A stretch of DNA of 64,000 nucleotides from an uncultured candidate division Zixibacteria bacterium. Its GTDB lineage: Bacteria; Zixibacteria; MSB-5A5; UBA10806; 4484-95. The position numbers were made by a program, and so were the translations under genes. The notes under the pieces are model-generated. The model saw only the letters and a program-made list of their open reading frames with translations, searched no databases and was not told the DNA's origin. Shown here one piece after another: positions 1 through 9,428 of this stretch. Location: the NCBI GenBank assembly GCA_963668625.2, contig CAXXKA010000003.1, positions 35,000 to 98,999 of the forward strand. The letters run 5' to 3'. Numbering within the stretch: position 1 is the stretch's first letter; each line of letters starts with the position of its first letter.

Positions 1-513
1 GTGGATAAAATTAAGGACACCGCCTCCTCTCATGACCGCACTTTTATCATCGAAACTATGGGGCGTGGCTCGGGTTATCTGGCTTTGATGAGCGCGATAG
101 CTACCGGCGCAGAGGCGGCATTGATCCCCGAGGTGAACTACGACCTAGAGGCTATTGCCGAGCGTATCAAAGGCAGGTACAAAGCCGGTAAAATCAGCAA
201 TATCATAATAGTGGCCGAGGGAGCAACTACGGCATATCATGTCGGCAGACAGCTTTCGAGAATCGCAAATATATCATCGAAAATAACCGTACTGGGACAT
301 CTGCAGAGAGGCGGTTCACCTTCCGCGTTCGACAGGATACTCGGCTCCAGCCTGGGCTCGGCGGCTGTCCATCGCTTGATGGATGGCGTTTCCAATTCGA
401 TGCTCGGCCAAATTAACGGCAAGGTAGAGGTTACCAGTTTTGATGAAGTATTCCGTAATAAAAAAGAACTAGGTTCATGGTTGATTAACCTGGCCGAGGT
501 GCTCGGACGCTAA
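1..513 (+). CDS. pfkA: 6-phosphofructokinase, C-terminal part (5' truncated by window)
   Basis: DTASSH, ETMGR, IVAEG and LGHLQRGG motifs of the PfkA family. Confidence 0.93.
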   Translation: MDKIKDTASSHDRTFIIETMGRGSGYLALMSAIATGAEAALIPEVNYDLEAIAERIKGRYKAGKISNIIIVAEGATTAYHVGRQLSRIANISSKITVLGHLQRGGSPSAFDRILGSSLGSAAVHRLMDGVSNSMLGQINGKVEVTSFDEVFRNKKELGSWLINLAEVLGR

Positions 514-984
514 GCGAATCTCTATCCTTTAAATATAACCTATACTAATAGCTGTTAATTCTGATGCTATTTTTTTTACTCGAAAAAAAATAAAATCAAT
601 GTAAAATATTACTTGCATTAAAAATCTGGTATGCTATATTGGAATTGTATCAAATACTAGCGCAAATGCAAATTAGGAGTAACGAGACTTATCTGAGCAT
701 AGCTATTTTTTGTACTTTCTGAAAAGATAATCTGAGAAAAAGCTTAATATAATTGAGTGCCATGTGTTATTAGAATTTGCGAATTCCGATGGGAATATCG
801 TTTGGGCAAGCAGTTTGAAATAATAAATAAGGTATGGGGAAATGAGTGAACGAGAAAGAGCGAAATCAAATATCATGATACTTTTCAGGATTGTCGAAAA
901 TAATCAGGATGGGATTAATATGTCATGTTGCTATATGTAGTACACCAAGTATTTCGATAAAATAAAAAATGAAAAGAGGAGCAA

Positions 985-2880
985 GTGACAATGAGAGGTG
1001 TTTCAAATCTCAATTCACATCAAATACTGGGCTTTATTCTGGCATTAATAATTCCTGAACTATGCTCTATTGCGATAGCCTCGCCACCGCAAATAGATCC
1101 AGATAATGAATTCGTTCTTAAATCAAATTGCATTTATGAGAGTTTCCAGGAAACCCTGAAGGTGATCGATACGGATGGTGACTATATCTCTGTTAACTCT
1201 ACTTTAGGGGACATAATCAATACACAATTTTATGTGGATATTGACGGTGTCGGCCATTGGGAAGGCTACTTATCTTTCGACAAAACGACGATTTGTGATG
1301 AAAGATCGATTACCGATTTGATTATCAGCGCGGATGATCTTCTGGGTGGTGTCGATACGCTCGACTACGGGGAGATTTACCTGCTCGGCCGAATCGATTT
1401 TTCTATGGGAGCTAATTATTTGTATCCTGGCGGTACCGCCGCCATCCCCATATACATTAATACTTTCGATTGTTTCGAGATGGGAGGATTCTCGGTGACT
1501 TTCGAATCTGATCCAGAATTGTTCAATGTTGTTGATGTTTATCCGGGAAATCTGATAAGGCCATATGGACTGTATTTCGTATGGGATGGCGATCCAAACG
1601 ATGAGGGTATAGATAAACTGATTTTTATTGCCGAACCCGAATCGACTTTAACCGGTATCCCTCGCGATCAACCGGTTGCTTATTTCGAATTGGCTATACT
1701 GCCCGATGCGCCCGTTACTTTCGACTCGACTTACTCGGTCTGTTTCTATGATGGGGAACCCCATGGCACCTACAATGCGGTTGCCGATAAATCAGGTTTG
1801 ACTACATGGTACGAAACCGGCTGTGAATCGGATGATATGGGTATGAAGACCGAATGCGGAGAGTTGACAGTAGTCGAATGGCCGCTGGATTTAGGAGATA
1901 TTAACCTGAATGGTTTTCCATATGAAACGGGGGATATGGCACTAGCTCATAACGCAATTAAGGATATGATTACCTATCCGTTGAGTAACCGACAATGGCA
2001 TAATGGCGATATCGATGAAGACGGTAAGCCTCTTACCATACGCGATATGTTCAGTATTATCGAGGGGATAAATGGTGTAGGCAATCCGGGGGATCCGTTA
2101 CCGTTTACCTATAGCTATAATCCCGATAACGATACGATCTTGATCGAATCCGTTACCCTGGCGCCCGGAGATCAGTTCAACCTTCCGATGTATATGATAA
2201 ACCACGATACATTGTTCGATTTCCAGGTCAATTTCGATATCGACACCAGCATATTGGTAATCGATTCGCTGGTGTTTACCGGTGAGGTGGAGATGACTTA
2301 TACTAATCCTCCCGAGGCATACCATATGCTGTCATACGATTTTGATAACGCTATTACTCCCGAGTACTATAATCATTTCATAGCTCCCGGCAATTATCAT
2401 CTTTGTGATATATATGGGAATGTTAAAGCTAATGTAGTAACTCCGGGAGTTACCTCGATAACTATGACGGATCAGACTACAAACGGAACTTATACCGGCT
2501 GTGTTTGCGCGGAGTTTTTCGAGCCGGTCATAATAAATTCGACCATCAATATTGACGGGGGAGGGTATGCTTATTTACCCGGTGATGTCAATATGTACTA
2601 TGCTACGTGGCCGCCTCAAACCCTGGGCAATGATGTAACCTACCTGGTGAACTATTTCCGGGGATTTGAAAGCTCGTATCCATGTATGCTTAACGGCTTA
2701 TTTGCCTCGGCAGATATTAACGGTGACTGCCAGGTTATCGGTAGTGATGTTACTTTATTGGTTAATTATTTCCGGGCAATTGCTGAGATATTATATTGTG
2801 AAGACTATCAGCCGATATGGCTATCCGAGGATGATCTGCCTGCGGAGATGCCGAATGGCTGGCCAAGTTGTGAGGAGTAA
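985..2880 (+). CDS. Secreted protein with two cohesin-like beta domains and two dockerin-like domains
   Basis: N-terminal hydrophobic signal. Cohesin-like starts 'PGGTAAIPIYI..GGFSVTFESDP' and 'APGDQFNLPMYM..DFQVNFDID'. Paired Ca-binding loops GDINLNG/GDIDEDG (internal) and GDVN..NDVTYLVNYF/ADINGDC..SDVTLLVNYF (C-terminal). Confidence 0.7.
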   Translation: MTMRGVSNLNSHQILGFILALIIPELCSIAIASPPQIDPDNEFVLKSNCIYESFQETLKVIDTDGDYISVNSTLGDIINTQFYVDIDGVGHWEGYLSFDKTTICDERSITDLIISADDLLGGVDTLDYGEIYLLGRIDFSMGANYLYPGGTAAIPIYINTFDCFEMGGFSVTFESDPELFNVVDVYPGNLIRPYGLYFVWDGDPNDEGIDKLIFIAEPESTLTGIPRDQPVAYFELAILPDAPVTFDSTYSVCFYDGEPHGTYNAVADKSGLTTWYETGCESDDMGMKTECGELTVVEWPLDLGDINLNGFPYETGDMALAHNAIKDMITYPLSNRQWHNGDIDEDGKPLTIRDMFSIIEGINGVGNPGDPLPFTYSYNPDNDTILIESVTLAPGDQFNLPMYMINHDTLFDFQVNFDIDTSILVIDSLVFTGEVEMTYTNPPEAYHMLSYDFDNAITPEYYNHFIAPGNYHLCDIYGNVKANVVTPGVTSITMTDQTTNGTYTGCVCAEFFEPVIINSTINIDGGGYAYLPGDVNMYYATWPPQTLGNDVTYLVNYFRGFESSYPCMLNGLFASADINGDCQVIGSDVTLLVNYFRAIAEILYCEDYQPIWLSEDDLPAEMPNGWPSCEE

Positions 2881-2906
2881 TTCTCACTTTCACCATGCTT
2901 GAAGCC

Positions 2907-2940
2907 GATAGAGGGTGGTTAAATGAAACCGCCCTCTATC
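2907..2940. terminator. Stem-loop downstream of the dockerin protein gene
   Basis: gatagagggtggtt...aaccgccctctatc inverted repeat. Confidence 0.6.
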
Positions 2941-3017
2941 AAATTAAATCATCTCAAGCGCATATTTAAACTAATTGAAGCTGGCATTTGCCCAATATTA
3001 TATAATAAGATTTATAT

Positions 3018-3271
3018 CACTATTGTCCGGTCTTTCCATCTCGTTGCGAAGCGCTACTTGGCAACGTGGCCTGTTTGCCGGCAGAATGCGCACTCTACAT
3101 GATTCAAGAAGGTTTCCAGGCAGCGCTTGGAAACCAGGAAACTAAGCCTGACATCGGCAGGATATGTCAGGATGAATGATACGCTGACCTTATGATTATA
3201 TAGAAAAATAATTCTTATCAACGATTCCCGGAGGAATTAAACATTTAATTGAAAAACACCTGGCAATAGTG
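3018..3271 (+). mobile_element. IS4-type MITE family A, diverged copy, opposite orientation to the others
   Basis: Begins cactattgtccgg and ends acacctggcaatagtg. Core is the reverse complement of the 7271-7525 element. No intact target duplication. Confidence 0.8.
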
Positions 3272-3481
3272 ATGAGAAATAATTAATGATATCTGAAATT
3301 ATTGGATATTTATCGAGTATAAATCAAAAAAAACGGTAAATCGAAACCGGTAAACGGTAAAAGTTGTTGCAATATTATTGATAATTAGATAAATCAATGT
3401 TAACCGGTCTTTAAAAACACCGATATCTTTGATGAAACTGGCAAATGCAATCTCTTTTGTCTTTAAATTTCTGGAGGGAAA

Positions 3482-4480
3482 ATGAGCGTTAAAGTAGGTA
3501 TTAATGGATTCGGGAGAATTGGTCGATTGGTGTTTCGTGCTGCAATGAATGATCCCGATATCGAATTTGTCGCGGTTAATGATATTACCGATGCCAAAAC
3601 ACTGGCTCATCTTTTAAAATATGATTCGATACATGGCGTCCTGGGCGTTGATGTTAAAGTCGAGGGTGATGGTTTCTCGGTTGGTGGCAAGCATGTTAAG
3701 GTAACCGCTGAGCGTGATCCCGCCAAACTACCGTGGAAAGAACTCGGCGTGACAGTCGTGCTGGAATGCACCGGCCTGTTTAAAGATAAAGACACGGCAG
3801 GCAAACATATAACGGCCGGCGCTAAAAAGGTGCTGATCTCCGCTCCTGGCAAAAATATCGATGGCACTTTCGTGCGCGGCGTGAATTTCGATAGCTATGA
3901 CGCCTCCAAGCATGATATCGTATCCATCGGGTCGTGCACTACCAATTGTCTCGCGCCTATTACCAAGGTTATCAACGATACATTCGGTATTAAGCGCGGC
4001 TTGATGACCACGATCCATTCCTACACTAACGGTCAGCGTATTATCGACGCCCCGCATAAGGATCTTCGCCGTGCCCGTGCCGCGGCTATGTCGATGATTC
4101 CGACGACAACCGGCGCTGCTAAGGCAATTGCCGAGGTTATCCCGGCGGTGAAAGGAAAGCTGGATGGCTGCGCTATCCGCGTACCTACCCCTGATGGTTC
4201 GATCGTTGATCTGACAGCCGAGTTGGAGAAGGATGTCACCAAAGAGGAACTCAACGGCGCTATTAAGAAAGCCGCCGAAGGCCCGATGAAAGGTGTACTC
4301 GAATATACCGAGGACCCGATTGTCTCGGCTGATATCATTCACAACTCGCACTCATCTATTTTCGATGGCCTGGCTACGATGGTCACCCAGGGTAATATGG
4401 TGAAAGTGTTCTCCTGGTACGATAATGAATGGGGATTCTCCAATCGCATGGTTGATATGCTCAAAAAACTGGGCCAGTAG
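3482..4480 (+). CDS. gap: Type I glyceraldehyde-3-phosphate dehydrogenase
   Basis: GINGFGRIGR, SCTTNC and WYDNEWG motifs; GGAGG RBS. Confidence 0.97.
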   Translation: MSVKVGINGFGRIGRLVFRAAMNDPDIEFVAVNDITDAKTLAHLLKYDSIHGVLGVDVKVEGDGFSVGGKHVKVTAERDPAKLPWKELGVTVVLECTGLFKDKDTAGKHITAGAKKVLISAPGKNIDGTFVRGVNFDSYDASKHDIVSIGSCTTNCLAPITKVINDTFGIKRGLMTTIHSYTNGQRIIDAPHKDLRRARAAAMSMIPTTTGAAKAIAEVIPAVKGKLDGCAIRVPTPDGSIVDLTAELEKDVTKEELNGAIKKAAEGPMKGVLEYTEDPIVSADIIHNSHSSIFDGLATMVTQGNMVKVFSWYDNEWGFSNRMVDMLKKLGQ

Positions 4481-4502
4481 AATATAAGAAAGATTATTAT
4501 TC

Positions 4503-4531
4503 AACGCCGGGTGATATCATCCGGCGTTTTT
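4503..4531 (+). terminator. Rho-independent terminator after gap
   Basis: aacgccgg-gtgatatcat-ccggcgtt followed by T-run. Confidence 0.75.
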
Positions 4532-4763
4532 CATTTATGCTGCGAGGATCATCGTGAAATGCAGCTCATCCGTATAACACTTCCTCTGTCATCCCGGACT
4601 CGATCCGAGATTCAGCATTGGGGAGGGGATGGGGCATTAAAAGTAATCTGGATGCTTATACTAAAAAATGAGAAAATCCCAAAATCATATTTCATTAAAA
4701 ATAATATCATCATACCTAAAAAAATACTGGAACTAAAGCCGTTGTTTGTGATAGAATTTCATC

Positions 4764-7010
4764 GTGAACAGGTTAGCTGTAATATCGGTCATGGCGTTTT
4801 GCCTGCTGCTGGTGATATCCTGCGAGGAGAATAGCTCCGAACCGGAACAGAATGGCTATTTAAGCGGGCGGGTTACCGTTGATGACCAGGGCGTTGATGG
4901 AGTCATTATCGATGTCAGCAACTTCCATGTCAGCGGCGGGGATGGCTCTGCCAAGACAGCCGATCAATTTCAATCGGAAGCCGCCGGCGATTATACGATC
5001 GAACTTGTTTCCGGGACATACCGGGCTGATTACACGTATTATGGCGGTGAGGAGATACTAACCACCGCCCGCTACCCGATAACGATCGAACCCGGCGAGA
5101 CCACCTATGTCGGTATTGAAATGAAAGACCCCATACCTCACAGCGTGTTTGTCATGAACGGCAACTCGGCGGTCGATATCTCATGGGAAAGCGCTTACGG
5201 AGCTACGGAATACAGGGTATATCGCGCCGAATCGAGCCTGGCAAACTACCTGAATATCGCCCGTGTCGATACGGCCTCGGGAACGATAAGCCACTCTGAT
5301 ATGCCGCCATCGGTGGGGACATATAATTACTACGTGACCTCGATAAGCGGCTCATCACAGGAAAGTGCATTCGAGGATATCAAAACCGTGACATTTACCG
5401 CCTCGATAACCTCGCCAACAGGCCTTTTGGCATTGGATCAAGTCGAGTATGTCAGTCTATCCTGGAACGAAAATCAGCGAGCCGACAGCTATAAGATATA
5501 TCGTTCGCAAACCAATGATGATAGCTGGGGACTTATCGATTCCACTGATGCTATCGAGTACGAGGATACGCCCTCGGAAATGGACGATTATTACTACCGC
5601 GTGGCCTCCGTTAGTATATACGATACGGAGTCCGAACCATCGAGTGCGGTCATGGTTAATTATGATGGCCGATTCGATCCGGTCGAGGGTGTGAGCCTGG
5701 TCGATCGGGGATCCGATCTTTACCTGAACTGGCTCGACTACGATAATGTAGCTTACTACTCGATATATCGCACCACCGATCCCGAACAGTCTTTTACTCA
5801 TATAGATTCTACCGTCGATCCGTATTACGCCGATTCACCGGTAGACACCGGTACTTACTATTATTATGTAACGGCCATAGCGCCTAACGGCCTGGAATCG
5901 GATGAATCAGATACGGTGCATTCCTCGTTCGATGGCATTCTCGATTATCCCTCGGGATTTACGGTTGTTAACCGCGGACTTTATGTAGAACTAAACTGGA
6001 TCGAGGTCGACTGGGCGGGCGCGTATATTTTGTTCCGTTCGGATGATGGTGAAATTTACGTGCAGGTCGCCAGTATCGCCGGTTCGATAACTACATATAA
6101 CGATTCGCCGCAAAACACCGGCGAATATCATTATCGGATCGCGACCGAGACAATCGCCGGCGAGATGGGCGAACTTTCACCGCCGATTTTAGTGAACTAC
6201 ACCGATAACCTTCTGCCACCTGAACACGTTGAGGCCGAAAACGCCGGTACATTTATCGACTTGAAATGGAACAAGGTTTTCGGGGCCAGCGGTTACAAAA
6301 TCTATCGCGCGCATAGCGAGGGTGGAAGCTACGAGTATATCGATTCGACCTGGGAGGATACCACATTCGCCGATAGTCCTGAGATAGAGGGAGCTTATTA
6401 CTATAAGGTCAAAGCTTTCGATTCTCAGGGGCATATCTCGTTGTTCTCGGACGCGGCCTATGTGTATTTCAACGATCAACCGTTGCCGCCATACGATATC
6501 GTGGCTGTCGATTCGTTGTATAAAATCACATTGAACTGGCAATGCAACGAAACCGATGCCGATTTCCTTTTATATCGTAGTTATTCGATGGATGGCAATT
6601 TCCAGTTTATCTCCCAGGCGGAGGATACATTCACGACCGACTGGCCGCCGGTAAGCGGACACTATTTCTATAAGCTTCGAACCATAGCCGATAACGATAC
6701 CAGTGATATATCCGATTTCGTTCATGTTCTTTTCAGTGGTGATCTTGAGGCTCCGCAAAACCTCATTGCTTATGATGCCGGAGCTTACGTACAACTAGAG
6801 TGGTCCCATGTCGAGGGAGCTTTCGAATATCATATTTATATATCGGATTCTATCGATGGCGAATACGTCTACGATTTGAGCGAGGATGATAATTACGCCG
6901 CCCACATCCCAGATTCGGCTGGTATCTTCTATTACAAAGTTAAAGCCCTTACGATCGGCGATCTATCCTCGCCATTTTCAAATGCGGTACAGGTAGAATT
7001 CGCCCCGTAA
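4764..7010 (+). CDS. Lipoprotein with N-terminal carboxypeptidase-regulatory-like domain and tandem fibronectin type III repeats
   Basis: Lipobox-like LLVIS-C. About 6-7 repeats of L.W...A..Y.IYRS.....Y.D.P...G.YYY.V. Confidence 0.8.
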   Translation: MNRLAVISVMAFCLLLVISCEENSSEPEQNGYLSGRVTVDDQGVDGVIIDVSNFHVSGGDGSAKTADQFQSEAAGDYTIELVSGTYRADYTYYGGEEILTTARYPITIEPGETTYVGIEMKDPIPHSVFVMNGNSAVDISWESAYGATEYRVYRAESSLANYLNIARVDTASGTISHSDMPPSVGTYNYYVTSISGSSQESAFEDIKTVTFTASITSPTGLLALDQVEYVSLSWNENQRADSYKIYRSQTNDDSWGLIDSTDAIEYEDTPSEMDDYYYRVASVSIYDTESEPSSAVMVNYDGRFDPVEGVSLVDRGSDLYLNWLDYDNVAYYSIYRTTDPEQSFTHIDSTVDPYYADSPVDTGTYYYYVTAIAPNGLESDESDTVHSSFDGILDYPSGFTVVNRGLYVELNWIEVDWAGAYILFRSDDGEIYVQVASIAGSITTYNDSPQNTGEYHYRIATETIAGEMGELSPPILVNYTDNLLPPEHVEAENAGTFIDLKWNKVFGASGYKIYRAHSEGGSYEYIDSTWEDTTFADSPEIEGAYYYKVKAFDSQGHISLFSDAAYVYFNDQPLPPYDIVAVDSLYKITLNWQCNETDADFLLYRSYSMDGNFQFISQAEDTFTTDWPPVSGHYFYKLRTIADNDTSDISDFVHVLFSGDLEAPQNLIAYDAGAYVQLEWSHVEGAFEYHIYISDSIDGEYVYDLSEDDNYAAHIPDSAGIFYYKVKALTIGDLSSPFSNAVQVEFAP

Positions 7011-7103
7011 ATTTCTTCAGCCATTCGATCGATCTATATTATTTTCTACAATTGAATTAATCATTCGGATCATTTCATGGCTGTGTAGTTTGCTATAATT
7101 AGC

Positions 7104-7270
7104 CACTATTATCCGGCTTTTAGATTAGCTGCACCTCAGTATGTCGTACCTTCCATCCAGAGGCATCGGGCCGGGATTTAATATGATAATATTAAGTTAC
7201 ACCTTACATCATCTGGATGAAAGCGGAGCGACATCCTGATACTCTAACCATATGATTATACGGAAATTAT
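7104..7270 (+). mobile_element. Partial MITE family B with IS4-like left end
   Basis: cactattatccggc end. Internal ctcag.atgtcgt.ccttccatcc.gaggcat and ggatgaaagcg.agcgacatcctga are shared with 41058-41282. Confidence 0.6.
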
Positions 7271-7525
7271 CACTAGTGTCCGGTGTTTTTCGTTAAATTT
7301 TAAATTTCTCCTTGGAATTGTTAATGAAAAATATTTTCCGATATAATTATTTTATTCAGCGTATCATTCATCCTGACATATCCTGCCGATGTTAGGCTTG
7401 GTTTTCTGGTTTCCAAGCGCTGCTTGGAAACCTTCTTGAATCATGTAGAATGCGCATTCTGCCGGCAAACAAGCCACGTTGCGAAGCAGCGCTTCGCAAC
7501 GAGATGAAAAGACCGGACACTAGTG
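7271..7525. mobile_element. IS4-type MITE family A, 255 bp, intact
   Basis: TIR cactagtgtccgg / ccggacactagtg. Perfect 9-bp target duplication ggaaattat at 7262-7270 and 7526-7534. Confidence 0.92.
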
Positions 7526-7581
7526 GGAAATTATAATGCTATAAAGCAATTGATCGATTCAAATCGCGGATCAGATTCCGG

Positions 7582-9138
7582 CTATTCCTCATCCAATGGG
7601 AAATCGGGGCAATGACTTACCTCATCGTATAATCCCCGGAAATATCGAACCATATAGGTGATATCGGAGCCGAGGAAATCGCAGTTCCCGTTAGCATCGG
7701 CGGCAACATATACCCATCTCTCGTTTTCATAATCGTAACAACTATCGGGAGGGCAACTGCCGACCCCTCGAAAATATTGCACACCATAAGTGATATCCGA
7801 ACCGATTACGATGCCGTCCCCGTTAATATCTCCCGGCAGATACTGACAATAATTGAGTGGTGGCTGAAAACGTGACAGGCGCAGGGTAGGGTCACCCTGA
7901 ATGCACATGCCATAGAACCAGGCCCTGCTGGCATCTCCGGCGCAGTTTTCCATATCGTTTTGTGCCCAGATAAGGAATGCCTCTCCGTAAGTGATACCAT
8001 TACCCAGAGGTCGATAGAACTCATCGAAACAAAGCATCGAACCGGTTTTGGAGGAGCCGATCGAAAGCAGGCCGTAATCTTGTTCGAAAATATACCAGGC
8101 TCCCATGTTGTTGGATTCTATATAGCGGGCATTGGAGCAGGCGAACAGGTTCCAGGTTAATGATTGCATCATGTATGTCTCTATATCGGAATCGTAGAAA
8201 AGCTGGTAATTATTGATGTCGTAATAAATATAATGCGCCGAAGGCGAGGAATGCGAACAAATCAGCACATGCTCGTACAGGCTATCGCTCGATTGGCGTA
8301 ACATATCGCGGTAATTATCGCGGTTAGTCTCATAGATATCAACAACCGAATCCGTGCTCGGGTATGAATTAGCGACATCGAAACCCCAACCGTAAGTATG
8401 CCAATCGTTATCAATGAAAGCCAGGGCGTGGTCGGTAAGGCGGAGGTCGCCTTTGCGGTAGTCATGGTTTTTACGGAAATAATTCTGCATCCGGCCAATT
8501 TCATCCGAGTCATGATAAGTAAGGGTGGAGGCCATCAAGCGACCGCACCAGATATCGGCTTCGAGTGCGCCACTATGGCTATCGAACATGCCATTCGTAT
8601 TGCTATCGCCCCAGTTGCCATTCAAATCCATGAAATATAAATCGCAGGGAAAAGATACGTAAGCGCCGCCCCAATCCTCGGGTTCATACATCTCGTACCA
8701 CGGTACCGCCAGATCGCCTATGAAAATTACACCCTCTATCATCTGCTGACTCCAATCGGTATATAGCAATTCGCGCAGGCTGATAGGGGAAAAGGTCTCG
8801 GCGGCAGTGTATATATTTAAAGCATACCCGTCCAATTGAAGGTCGTAGAAAAAGGTGTCCAGAGATGTTTCTATTAATGGATACAGATCCTCATTTACTA
8901 TAATATCGATTGGAATTCCAACTGTAATAGTAGGTTGTCTGACAATACGGATATTGTCCGTTTCGGCGAAATGCCGCGATTGATTGTACTCCTCGAAAGT
9001 CATTGGGGTCGTAGTAGTATCCAACCATCTCGTAACAGGGATATCCTCCCATTTATAATCTCTCTGGGCAAACGCCGAAATTGATAAAACGATTATCGAT
9101 ACTGCAACTAAAACGAGGCAAAGGTCGTTTTTTTTCAT
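7582..9138 (-). CDS. Secreted peptidase C25 (gingipain-like) with C-terminal dockerin-like domain
   Basis: Signal peptide; FIGD..VP, DLYFMD and CGRL motifs; putative catalytic His (SHSS) and Cys (ACSN); GDP; C-terminal GDINGDG..GSDITY / ADANGNC..GSDITY. Confidence 0.8.
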   Translation of the reverse strand: MKKNDLCLVLVAVSIIVLSISAFAQRDYKWEDIPVTRWLDTTTTPMTFEEYNQSRHFAETDNIRIVRQPTITVGIPIDIIVNEDLYPLIETSLDTFFYDLQLDGYALNIYTAAETFSPISLRELLYTDWSQQMIEGVIFIGDLAVPWYEMYEPEDWGGAYVSFPCDLYFMDLNGNWGDSNTNGMFDSHSGALEADIWCGRLMASTLTYHDSDEIGRMQNYFRKNHDYRKGDLRLTDHALAFIDNDWHTYGWGFDVANSYPSTDSVVDIYETNRDNYRDMLRQSSDSLYEHVLICSHSSPSAHYIYYDINNYQLFYDSDIETYMMQSLTWNLFACSNARYIESNNMGAWYIFEQDYGLLSIGSSKTGSMLCFDEFYRPLGNGITYGEAFLIWAQNDMENCAGDASRAWFYGMCIQGDPTLRLSRFQPPLNYCQYLPGDINGDGIVIGSDITYGVQYFRGVGSCPPDSCYDYENERWVYVAADANGNCDFLGSDITYMVRYFRGLYDEVSHCPDFPLDEE

Positions 9139-9428
9139 AACATTCCTCCGATTTGTATCAAACTTATCTAAATAATAGCATAACAGCGCGAAAATCCAAG
9201 TTAAATTTTATGCTGAATATGCTCTCATCCGTTTAATATCATCCGCGAGTATAGCGTATGATAGGGTTGAGAAATGGGGATAGTATTTAAAAAATTGTTA
9301 TTGAATTCCTTAGATAAATATAATGGAGCATAGTGTCAGGCTAATTCAATTTTTAATCTTGATTAATGGTAAGCATAAACTTATATACACCCTAATGTTT
9401 TATTAATAGTTAAGGGAAAGGACGAAAA

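Noticed and set aside
514-984. Long AT-rich intergenic region as a riboswitch or ncRNA
   Set aside because: No recognisable aptamer or stable structure; it looks like promoter DNA
3728-4351. Long antisense ORFs over gap, mutS, miaB and others
   Set aside because: Shadow frames of well-supported genes
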